This document shows, piece after piece, positions 12,730-23,933 of a stretch of 64,000 bases of DNA. The DNA is from Mobula hypostoma (taxonomy: Eukaryota). The stretch spans positions 18,230,001-18,294,000 of the forward strand of contig NC_086118.1 of NCBI RefSeq assembly GCF_963921235.1, read 5' to 3'. Each line of letters starts with the position of its first letter. Position 1 is the stretch's first letter. The translations under genes were made by a program, and so were the position numbers. Under the pieces are notes generated by a model. The model was given only the letters and a program-made list of their open reading frames with translations. It did no database searches and was not told where the DNA came from.

Positions 12730-12853
12730 AGGCAACACACACAAAATGCCGGGGGAACTCAGCAGGTCAGGATGCTGCATGACCTGTTGAACACCTCCAG
12801 AATTTTCTGTGTGTTGCTTTGGATCTCCAGCATCTGCAGACTTTCTCCTGTTT
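12730..12853. mobile_element. Older hairpin PLE terminal-repeat insertion
   Basis: Inverted arms gcaacacacacaaaatg.../...ttttctgtgtgttgc; flanked by the imperfect duplication ttaccttccac/ttaacttccac. Confidence 0.7.
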
Positions 12854-13179
12854 GTAATTTAACTTCCACATTGCCTCCTAACCATTTGGCATTCGATTCC
12901 CACTAAAACTAGTAATGTCTTATTTCTATGCCGGACATGAACTCCATAGAAGTCTTTTGGGAATTCTCATCCCAATGTTGGTAAATTTTGGATTTTCCAG
13001 ATGGGGTTCAGCAGCCTAAAATCCATCACTAACTTCCAAAATTTCATCTTTCATGGCATGTGTCCATTGAAGTTGAAGGGTTCAGGAGCAATGCCATTTT
13101 GATTGCAATCACTAGCAGAAGTTAGCATGATGCAGCCAGTCTTGAAGATCAGTAACCTCTCATCACAGTCCCAGTTATA

Positions 13180-13705
13180 ATATGTCAATTTCTGGATGCC
13201 AAATTTGATAGTGGATATCAAAGCCTCAGAGAAGTTATAAAGGAGATTTACCACGTCAAAATCAGGGCAAGAGATATAAAAGGTATGAGAAGATATGAGA
13301 GATATAAAATATATGAAAAGATCAGAGCTAAAATGGTTTAAAATTCTGAAGTGCTATAATAGAACAAATGAGAACTTGTTTCCACTTGCAATGGAGTCAC
13401 TAACCAGAACACAGTCATTAAAATAATTGGTAATAGAACTGAAGAAAAAAGTTTAGGATAACATGAGGGGAAACTTCTTCACTCAGAGAGTCATGAGAGT
13501 GTGGAACAAGCTGCCAGCACAAGTGGTGTATGCAGGCACAATTTCAACATTTAAGAGAAGTTTGGATGAGTCAGTGGATGGTAGGAATATTGAGGGTTAT
13601 GGTCCTAGTGCAGGTCAATGGGAGTAGATAGTTTAAATGCTTTTGGCATGGACTAGATGGGTCGAAGGGTTTACTTCTGTGCTGTGCTTTTGTACAACTC
13701 TAAAG
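13180..13705 (+). mobile_element. CR1 3' fragments
   Basis: gaaacttcttcactcagagagtcatgagagtgtggaac and tail ggactagatgggtcgaaggg...ctgtgctgt. Confidence 0.75.
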
Positions 13706-15139
13706 AAGTTAAAGTTGTTGCAGAGTGTGTTATGATCTAGCATGATCTTTCTGAAAATGTGAAAGAGCAGGTAGTATTCAACAAAAATTGTGTAAAGTGA
13801 AAAGAGTTACAAGAAATAACTTGGAGAATGAAGCTTATTGGACAGTTCTTACAAAATGTCGGTATAAGTGCAACAGACTGAATAGCCTTTTTCTCTCTGT
13901 ACCATTGTTCCTCGACAAAACTAAAACTTTCTTACACTGCCGATGAATCATTAATTTAACCAACTTCACTTATTGGGTCAGTCATTGGAAGTATTAAAGG
14001 ATGATTAATGGCAACTAGATTAAAGTCAAAATAGGAATTTTTCAATGAGAGGAGAGTTCCCCCCTTTAAAGCTAGCCAGTATTGAAAGAAGATTACTGAG
14101 CTTAGGCAGCTTTAGTAAGATATGTACTACTCTTCCATTCACCCAGCCGTATAAGTGCAGATAGGGAGCTTCACTCATGAATAAAAATGCAGCTATTAAA
14201 CATTTGAGTTATCTCAGGCAGGCAGACTTTGACATTCTCTCTCCAGTTTCACACCCTTTGCTTCCCTCCCCCACAATGTATTTTGGATGAAGATTAGAAA
14301 GTTGGGGTTAAATTACCATACATTCAAGTTTTGGTTAATAAAGTTCGGGAAAAATATATATTTGTTGGACTAGAATATAAATGAGGAATAGTTAATTGTC
14401 CATTCTTTTCATCTTGATTTGGTTGATGCATCCAAATTGATATAACTTTAATTTCTAATAAATTTGCCCCTGTTATTACCTCTGCTAAGATCAGTATAAA
14501 CAGTCTCAGATTTTATGATGGGAGGCTGTCATTTTATTACAACATATCACATTTTAAGCACTGAAGGATGAAATAGCCTTTAATCCTTATCCTAGTTCTA
14601 GCCAAAACTTGAGACCAGTTTTCATTTTAATGGTATCATAGTTCTTCTGATCTTTGCTCTTTTGTGAAGAAATGATCTTCTAAAGACATTTCTGCTCTTG
14701 TTGTCAGCTGGAAACTATAAAATGCTGCAAATAAACAACCCAAAATTACTATAGTTCTCAAAAAAGTGCAAAGGTCAATAAACAAAGATTTCTTTCTTAA
14801 CCTAAAATCCTGGCTGCAAACAAATGTCGTGCATACTAATATGAAGACATTACTTTAAATTCCGTAGATATTTTGAGATTCTTGTTTCATTTATATGGAA
14901 GTTAAAGAAAAATTATCTGCCTGTTTTATCACTAGCGAATTGTTGCATTCTTATCTTTCTTTTCCTGCCTTTGAAGACAAGTTCTGACTCACTGCCACAG
15001 GCAATTGCTAATTATCGAGCCTGAGAATATCATATCTCCCTGCTTCTTGTCAACACACTAAAGCTTTGAGCCATTTCAGTGAATTTGAAGCTCCTGAATT
15101 CATCAGGTGAACATAGTTTGCTGGTTTTTAGTTTATATA

Positions 15140-16170
15140 GGTTCATAGAGTTATACCATGTGGAAACAAGTCCTTTAGCCCAATTTGTCCATGCCAACCA
15201 TATTGCCATCTCAGCTGGTCCCCTTTGCCTGCATTTGGCCCATATCTCTCTAAGCTTTTTCTATAAATGTACCTATCCAAATGTCTTTTAAATTATATAT
15301 TTGTTCCTGTCTCTACCACTCCTCTGGCAGCTCACTCCATATATACATTGCCCTCAGGCTCCTTTAAATCTTTCCCCTTAAAGCTATGCACTCCAGATTT
15401 AGAATCCTATCCCGGGGAAAACACTGAAGATATTCAGTTTACCTGTGGCCCTCATGATTTTATAAATCTCAGCCCTCTGTGTTATAGGAAAAGTAGTCCT
15501 AGCCTATCCAGTCTCTATTTATACCTAAACACCCCTACCCCAGTAGCACCGTCATGTAAACAACAGGAATTCTGCAGATGCTGGAAATTCAAGCAACACA
15601 CATCAAAGTTGCTGGTGAACGCAGCAGGCCAGGCCTGAAACGTCGACTGTACCTCTTCCTAGAGATGCTGCCTGGCCTGCTGCATTCACCAGCAACTTTG
15701 ATGAGCATTGTCATATATCTGTTTTGCACCATGTTCTTCCTATAGCCGGGTGATCAGAACGTCCAAGTCGTCCAAGTTTGGCCTCGAACAGCTGTAACAT
15801 AATGTCTCAAATCCTGTACTCTATATCTGGCCAATGAAGGCAAGAATGCCAAATAACTTCTCCACCACCCAGTCTACTTCTGTCACCATTAGGTCTCTCT
15901 ATTCTACACCAAACCCTAGTGCCTTATCATTTACAGTGTTAGTCCTGCTATGGTCTATGTTACCAAAATGCAACACTTTGCATTTATCTTTATTAAACTC
16001 CATTTACTATTCCACAGCCTACTAGCTTAATTGATCAAGATCTCATTGTAATTTTGAATAACTATCCCCACTAGCCACTATATCATAAATTTTCGTGTCA
16101 TGCTCAAACTTACTATAATGCCAAATATCTAATCCAAATTGTTAACATAAATGAAAAACAGTGGATGCCA
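15140..16170 (-). mobile_element. CR1 3' fragment, interrupted at 15558-15703
   Basis: Reverse-complement CR1 tail at ~15140-15200 and RT C-terminal motifs (MEFNKDKCKVLHFG at ~15960-16005). Confidence 0.7.
15558..15703. mobile_element. Hairpin PLE terminal-repeat insertion
   Basis: Same start aaacaacaggaattctgcag as 2246; inverted arms 15601-15634 and 15670-15703; imperfect TSD agcaccgtcatgt / agcattgtcatat. Confidence 0.85.
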
Positions 16171-16289
16171 TTACTGCTCTCTACAGCCCACTGCAAAGCC
16201 TAAACCTCAAAAGGAGATTTTAAGCCCTATCCAATATAGGAATCTACAGGTATCTTCACTTTAGGGAGGTTATACTGTATCCACCTGCT

Positions 16290-17462
16290 CTTCAAAGACT
16301 AGCAATTTGCCTAGGTCTACAGCAGATGCAATCTCACTGCTTTCCATGTAGCCTTGGATCACCTAGACAATAGCAATACCTATGTCAGGCTGCTGTTTAT
16401 TGACTACATCTCAGCGTTGAACACCATCATACCTTCAGTAACAATCAATGAGCTGCAATTCCTGGGCCTCTGTACCTCCCTGTGTAACTGAATCCTTGAC
16501 CACAGTCAGTGCGGACTGAAAATAACATCTCCTCCTCGCTGACAATCGATACTGGTGCACCTCAAGGACACCTTCTTAGCCCACTGCTCTATTCTCTCAA
16601 CACCCACAACCGTCTGGCTAGGCACAGCTCAACATCATCTATAAATTTGTCACTGACACAACTATTCTTGGCAGGACTTCAGATGGTGACAAGGAGACGC
16701 AAAGGAGTGAGATAGATCAGCTGGTTGAATGGTGTCCAACAACAACCGTGCACTCAGTGTCAGTAGGACCAAGGAATTGATTGTGGACTTCAGGAAGGGG
16801 CAGTCAAGGAACACACACCAGTCCTCATTGAAGGATTAGCAGTAGAAAGGGTGAGAAGCTTCAAATTCCTGGATGTTGTCATCTCTGAAGATCTATCCTG
16901 GGCCCAACATATTGATGCAATTACAAAAATGGCATGGCAGGGGCTATACTTCATTAGGAGTATGAGGAGAGTTGGTATGTCACCAACGACTGTAGCAAAT
17001 TTCTACAGGTGTACCATAAAGGGTATTCTAACTGGTCGCATCACAGTCTGGTATGGAGGGTCCACTGCACAGGATCAGAGAAAGCTGCAATCTCAGCCAG
17101 CTCAGTTATGGGTCTTCAAAAGGCGATGCCTCAGAAATGTTAAAGTCATCAATAAGGACGCCTGTCACCCAGGACAAGCCCTCTTCTCTTTGTAACCATG
17201 AAGGAGGTACAGGACCCTGTAAACAGTCACTTAATGTTTCAGGAACAACTTCTTTTATCAGATTTCTGAATGCATAGTAAACCCATGAACACCATCTCGT
17301 ACTTTTTCCTCTCTTTTTGGGCTGCATTTAATATAATTTTCTTTTTCATACTGTAGATGCTTATTGTAATTTATAGTTTTTTATTAAGTCTTGCAATGTA
17401 CTATTGCTGTAAAGCAACAAATTTCACGCCATATGCCACTATGTTAAACCTGATTCTGATTC
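16290..17462 (+). mobile_element. Rex1/Babar-type LINE, RT to 3' end
   Basis: [46 protein letters not shown]; tail cctgattctgattc. Confidence 0.85.
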
Positions 17463-18092
17463 CCTCAACACCACCTCTGCTCAAGAAAGCACAGCAGCGC
17501 CTCCCCCTCCTGAGAAAATTGATGTGAGTGAAGCTCCCCACCCCGTTCTTATCAATTTTTACAGGAAGAGTGTCCCGACCAGCTGCATCACCATCTAGTA
17601 TGGGACTTACAAGGCATATGACCACAAGTCCTGACAAAAGATTGCAAGGACCGCTGAGAGGATCATCTGCTCTCTCTTGCATCCATCAGAGATATTTATC
17701 AGGAGCGCGGCGTAAGTAGCATTGTCAATGATCCCCCCCATCCATCCAACAAATTTTTTGACCCCTACCATGAGACAGGAGGTACCATGGCTTTAGGCTA
17801 AGAACTGTTGGGATGGGAAACAGCCGTAAGACTATTGAACTCCCTGCCGCCACCCTGGTCTCATCACACGTGAAGCACTAGTGGCGTTCTACTGTTTACT
17901 TGTTAACTTGAGTCATAGATGCACCTTATTATTTGTTAATTTACTAGTGATTATATTTCTTTATGTGTTGTGTATGTGGGTCATGGACACTGTGATGTGC
18001 ACCTTGTCTGGTGGAACGCTGTTTTATTTGGTGGTATAGTATACATGTGTACGGTTGAAAGACGATAAGCATGAACTTGATATAGAACTTGT
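17463..18092 (+). mobile_element. Second Rex1-like 3' fragment
   Basis: KKAQQRL motif, HPS-type C-terminus, aacttg-type tail. Confidence 0.65.
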
Positions 18093-19074
18093 AAACCAAG
18101 TTAATACGAGGTCTCAAAATCTTGTATCTATTATAAAACATTACTAGCTAGAAGATACAGAACAGTTTCTGAAAAAGCAACTGAGATTTAATAGTGCCTG
18201 TGCACCATTACTTTGTTAAATTTCAGTGCATGTTTTACTCATTCTACTCCAAGTATAGATTGATTCACAATATTTGAGGTTTTCCTTTTTATCATTGGAA
18301 ATTCATAATGCGACATTTGCTAAGCTGGTTTCCATTCTTAATTTGGATTCCCATTAAAGATGCTTCTACTTCATATGCAAAGCTTTACAAAACTTGAAGT
18401 ATAAATAACTCTAGTGTCAGAGTCCAAAGGAATAGCAAAGTGAATTTCACCAGAAGGGACACCTCATTTTCATGTCCTGTTAAGTCTTGGTTCCACAGCA
18501 ACACACAGGAGTAATTTTCATTTTGTGAACGAATAATTTGGACCTGCTTCCTGGTGTAGATCTCTCCAGATTTCATTTCCACTGAAACCAAAAGAGAGAG
18601 GTACAGAATGTAAAGGGCAAGTGATCTACTGGACATCATCTTCTGTAATCAAGATTACCCTATCAAATTCTAGCACTTGTGCAAAGTGAAAATAGTTTTA
18701 CATTTGTGATGGAATTACTGATAAACCTTATGATTCAGAAATCTAAAAGTTCTTCAACATTACCTTTCTGTGTTCAACGTGTGTATTGTTTATGACTAAA
18801 GATAAGACCTGGAAGTATTTTCATTCAAGGTTGGTGATGATTAAAACATCCAACTGAAATGAAAAAGGCTTTTCAGAGGAAAAATATTTCCCATGATGGC
18901 TTACTTGGTAGATTTGAATGTTTTAATAACAATTGCTTAAGATAATTGAAAGTACATAGTATTTTATAGGAAAAGCTGTAAGCAAAGTTTAACATTTAAT
19001 GAGAATTTCTGATCATTGTTGAAGTATGTCATACACACGTACAAAAGAAAAACATACAAGCTGTCATACAGCCA

Positions 19075-19492
19075 TCGTCAGGATGGAGGAGCAACACTTT
19101 ATGTTTCATCTGGGTAGCCTTTGACCTGATGGCATGAATATTAATTTCTACTTCTGGTAAAAAAGTTTCCCCAATTCTTCCTTTTCCTCTATTCTCCACT
19201 CTGCTTTTTTACCTATCTCACCTTCCTATTACTTCCCCCAGTCCCCTCCTACTTCCCTTTCTCCGATGGTCCACTCTCCTCTCCAGCCCTTTACCTTTCC
19301 TATTTACCTGGCCTCACCTAACACCTTCCAGCTAGCCTCCTTCCCCTCCACCCACCTTTTTCACTCTGGCATCTTTCCCCTTCCTTTTCAGTCCTGATGT
19401 AGGGCCTCGGCCTGAAATGTCAACTGTTTATTCATTTCCATAGATGCTGCCTGACCTGCTGAGCTCCCCCAGCATGTTGTGTGTGGTGCTTC
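19075..19492 (+). mobile_element. Neptune-type PLE 3' end with decayed hammerhead motif (19389-19426)
   Basis: RMEEQHFMFHLGSL*PDGMNINF; pyrimidine tract; cagtc-CTGATGT-agggcctcggcct-GAAA-tgtc-aactg. Confidence 0.8.
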
Positions 19493-20164
19493 AGGCAGTC
19501 ATAAAGATGTGATATTTATCCCGTGCAAGCACAGCCATTTTGCAGTTTATTCATTGTCACATAGATATATCACACAGGGCTAAAAAAATATAACTCCCTG
19601 AGTCCTCAGGATATTTCTCACCTCACGGCTTACACTTTGTGTAGCAGAATCCCTCCATTGTAGAGTTTCAGATCACATGGTGTTATCCTTTACTGATATT
19701 AAACAAGCAGTAAAATATTAATCATATCAATTTATTGTTGATCCACACTGTAAGTGCAGGATTTAGCCCCAACTCCAGAGCAAGCAAATTAGAACCAGGA
19801 GCAGGAATAGGCTACATGACCCCTCAAGCTTGCTGCACGATTAAATGAGATCATGGCTAATCGGATCTTTCCCCAACTCCACTTGCTTGCCACTTCCCGT
19901 GAAGTTAGATCGACTGTTGGTTTACATTGCTTCAATATCTAATAATTACTGGGATAACAAAAAAATCTAGTGGTTCCCAACTTGCTGAGGAAAGGTAGTA
20001 CCCCCATCTGTGTTATAAATAAGCATCCTCTTATTCTAATGCTATAACCCTTTGTTTTAGATTCCCCATAAATGGAAACTTCTTTTCACCACCCACTTCG
20101 TTAAATGTACTCTGTATTTCAGCGGATCACTGCAAGACAGACATGACTTTAGCTTTCCTCATGT

Positions 20165-20458
20165 TATTTTGTTTTATTGAGATAGGGCATGGAACAGGCC
20201 CTTCTGGCTCTTTGAGTTGTGCAGACTAGCCACCCCCAGATTTAATCCTAAAATAACCATGAGACTATTTACAATGACGAATTAACCTAGCAACAGCCGG
20301 AACATCTTGGGACTGTGGGAGGAAACCAGAGCACCTGGAGGAAACCCACATGGTCAGAGGGAGAACGTACAAACTCCTTACAGGCAGTGGTGGGAATTGA
20401 ACCAGAGTTGCTGGCACCGTAAAGTGTCGTACTAACCACTACGCTACTCTGCCGCCCC
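20165..20458 (-). mobile_element. tRNA-derived HE1/V-SINE-like SINE
   Basis: Minus strand: A box (tagcgtagtggttag), B box (ggttcaattccc), core tgggtttcctccaggtgctctggtttcctcccaca, CR1-like tail. Confidence 0.8.
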
Positions 20459-20984
20459 ATTCTTCAAGTGGCACATGAGCACTCACTTTGTAAAAAAACA
20501 CCACAACCTCCTCTGGCAAAATTTGGTACAGACTTGATAGCAAATGAATTCCTGCTATTTTATTTGTTTGTTGCTGTTTTCAATAATTGCTGCTTTTTCT
20601 ATCAAGTTAGGGGTCCTACTGAACTCCTGAGAGCACAATTCAGCAGAGTAAATGCACTGTTATTCTTGATTGCTTGTGTTGTATTTATAAACTACTTGCT
20701 CTTTTAGTGACCTACAGTAAGCCACGTAATTTGCAAATCCTGTCCAGACATCCTCTAAAACTATTAATTGACCATATGTGGCTCTTATTTAGCCTGATTC
20801 TATTGGAATCAATGTGTCCCAATAGTTCCATAATCCCAGGAGCTACTTGATTGTCCTTCTGTGATGGTATGACACTAATAGTCATGTGATGCTATTTTTC
20901 CATTATATTTAGAAAGTGATATTCCCATTTTTCAAGACATCCACTATGGTTAAAGCAGATACAATTAATGTCATGGTGTCATTC

Positions 20985-21310
20985 AATATGGAGAAGGGCC
21001 CTTCCAGCCATTGAGGATGCATTGAATATCAAGCAATTATTTAAACTGATTCTGCACTGATCCCATTTTATTCTCACCACATTTCCATTAAGCTCAACCT
21101 GAGCACCATGGGAAATATACAGTCACCAATTAACCAATCAACCTGAACGTCTTTGGGATGTGGGCTGGGTTGGGGAAACCAGAACACCCAGCAGAGACCC
21201 ATAGAGTCACAGGTAGAATGGGCTTTCTCCACACGGACAGCACCGGAAGTCAGGATGGAACCTGCGTTGCTGGCACTGTGAGGGCATTAGTTCTAATAAC
21301 TGTGCCAGTT
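20985..21310 (-). mobile_element. HE1-like SINE, decayed
   Basis: tctttgggatgtggg...ggaaaccagaacaccca core, as in 20165-20458. Confidence 0.65.
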
Positions 21311-22389
21311 TATGGTCCTTGGAGAACAATAAACTGGGAATTTAAAAAAAGGTGCTCAAAACTCTGCGGAGTTTTATTGGAGAGAGAGAAACAGTTTCCA
21401 TTGACTGAGGGCCAGAAGCAGATGGCAGATTTAAGAAAATTTCTAACTTCAGATGTAAAGATACATGAAGATCAGATCTTATTCAACTCAGTGAGCTGAT
21501 GTAATCTGGACTGCATACAGCATGAAAACAGATTTTAAAATATCTTCAAAAAGGAAACTGTATATATACAAAAAAAAGAAAGAAATTGAAGAGGAGTGCA
21601 ATTAGTAGCTTAGAATTTTGCATGAGATCCCACCGACAGGACGGGCTAAATATCCTATTGTAACATTGTATCATCTCTCCACTTTGCAAACATATAAATG
21701 CTGTATTGAGTTTCAGTGATAGGGTACAGACCACAAAGAATCTAATTGCTATTGATTTTTTAAAACTGTGCATCAAGTCTTAACAATCTTTTAACTGCAC
21801 TCTAGGCCAGGTGTCATTTTGGCCTTATTCAGGTCTCATACCCTCTTGAAGGTGAGTTGGCCACAAAGATGCCGTCTTTATTTGATTTTTGACATTTTGT
21901 CATTGATTGGACTCTCCGCCAGTTGTTACAAAAAAAGATGCAGCTTGTTGCAAGTACTTTGGCTGAACTCCATTTTAAACTGTCTTTTAACAAACTAATG
22001 AAGAATTTTCAAAAAAGTGTCAACATTACCATATTTTTAAATAAATCTTATTAAATACTAATGTTTTAGCTACTTACACTCTTACAGTAATTTGTATGCT
22101 GGTCCCTATTGCACAATACTTTCTGAGAGATGCATCATGCTCGGAAGCATGGGGGCAGTATAAAGAAAAAGGGTATAATGTTAAATGAGGTACAAGAGCA
22201 GATATACCTGGGGTATGTGTGCATAGTTTATTGGAGGTGACAGGGCATTTTAAAATAGAGGGCCACATTTCAGGAAAAATGTAAGCATATCAGAGAGGTG
22301 CAGAAGAACTTTACTAAAATAATTCTAGGGATGAGGAACATTGGTGTGTGAATGAAGTGAGGAAGTTATATGTAACTTATAGCCTAATA

Positions 22390-22710
22390 GGTACAGAATG
22401 GCTCTCAGTGTGCAATCCTTTTAGTCCCATTCCATTTCTCATTTTTTAGTATGCAGTTCATCATATTCTGTCTCACACATGCTTGACACTAATTCCCCCC
22501 TCTCCCCCAAATTCCCTTTGCTGTGAAATTACAGTAGCTAATTAACAGATCAGCATGGCTTTGGGATGTGAGAGAAACCTAGAGCAACCAAAGGAAATTC
22601 ATGCAGTCAGAGACAGAATATGCAAACTCTGCACAGAAAGCACTGATTGAACCAATGTCTTTGGAAATATCAGGCAGCAGCAGAGACTTCTTGTCATTGT
22701 GCTGTTCTCC
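22390..22710 (-). mobile_element. HE1-like SINE, decayed, within a CR1 3' fragment (~22150-22925)
   Basis: ttgggatgtgagagaaacctagagcaacc...tgcaaactctgcacaga core. Confidence 0.6.
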
Positions 22711-23802
22711 AGGGAGCTAGAAAAACTGTGATGGGATCTGATCGAGCTAGCTTAAATCATGGCAGAGTATGTGAAGAAAAGCTGTTCCTCAACAATCCAG
22801 AGATGTAGAACCGAAGTGATTTGAGGGGAAGCATTTATAAAGAGCAGGTATTTGGTGTCTGCAAACTATTGCCATATTGATGGGGATAAATTTAAGTGTG
22901 GTATTCAAAAAGGAGCTGAATAGATCATCGTCATCACCATTACGTGCCATGTCACATGATGTGGGCAATCATAATCTTCCATCTGTCTTTAATCTGAGAG
23001 ATTCTAAACAGCTCTACAAAACTTTTGCCTGTCCATCCCTTGGCATAACTCATGAATGCCATGCGCTGCAAATTGCGACTTTTTCTTCCATCATCGCAAG
23101 ACGATCAAGCTTCTTGCATCCAGTTAAGATGGCACTGATGAATCTCAGCAGCTTCTGGCTGGTGACCAAAGAAACAAAGAAAACAACTAACTGCTTTGTT
23201 AATCACTCTTTTTCTGATGAAACAATCATTGCAAACAATAGCCTGTAACTTCCCTTTGGACTTGGAGGCATTTCGATGTAGCAGAACTGAGACAAACAAG
23301 GCAGTGGAACGTATCTCAGAAATTCTAGCTGCCATTTTGAGATTGTTGCTATCCGTTATCTAATATAGTAAAATAAACTAATTGTAGTGTTATGGGGATA
23401 GGGCAAAGAATGCATCTTGCTGGATTGCTATTAAATAGAATCTCTACAGACTCAATGGACTGAGTAGATACCTTCTACATTAATTATTCTGTGATTAGTC
23501 TTTCACAAACATCAGTAATTTAGACTTGAAAAACTCTTATTCTGGGAAAAAAAACTAAAGAATATCATGGGAGTATTGTTGTACAAAATGTGATTCTGAG
23601 CCATAAAAGGAGATATATTGCAGATCACCAAAAACTTGTTCAGAAAGGCATCTTAAGGAAATGAGCAAAGTTAAAAAAGGAAGAAAGTTTTAGTTCTTGG
23701 CTTGCAAAGGCAGGAGTATTTTGGTGGAGTACATGATTTTCAAGATAATTAAGAGATTAGAACTGGAAGAGAAATTTTGCAGAGTTGAAGAGTTCAGAGA
23801 TC

Positions 23803-23922
23803 AGGGCACTATTGTAGCACAGCTGGTAGAGCTGTTACCTTCCAGCTCCAGTAACTGAGGTTCGATCCTGGTTTCAGTGCTGTCACCGTAAAACGTTCTC
23901 TTGCAACTTCATGGGATTCCCT
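23803..23922 (+). mobile_element. SINE 5' half, split by the Gypsy element (remainder near 30320-30375)
   Basis: tagcacagctggtaga (A box), ggttcgatcc (B box); continuation tttcttgccaaatccaaatgat after the LTR. Confidence 0.6.
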
Positions 23923-23933
23923 TATATACTACA

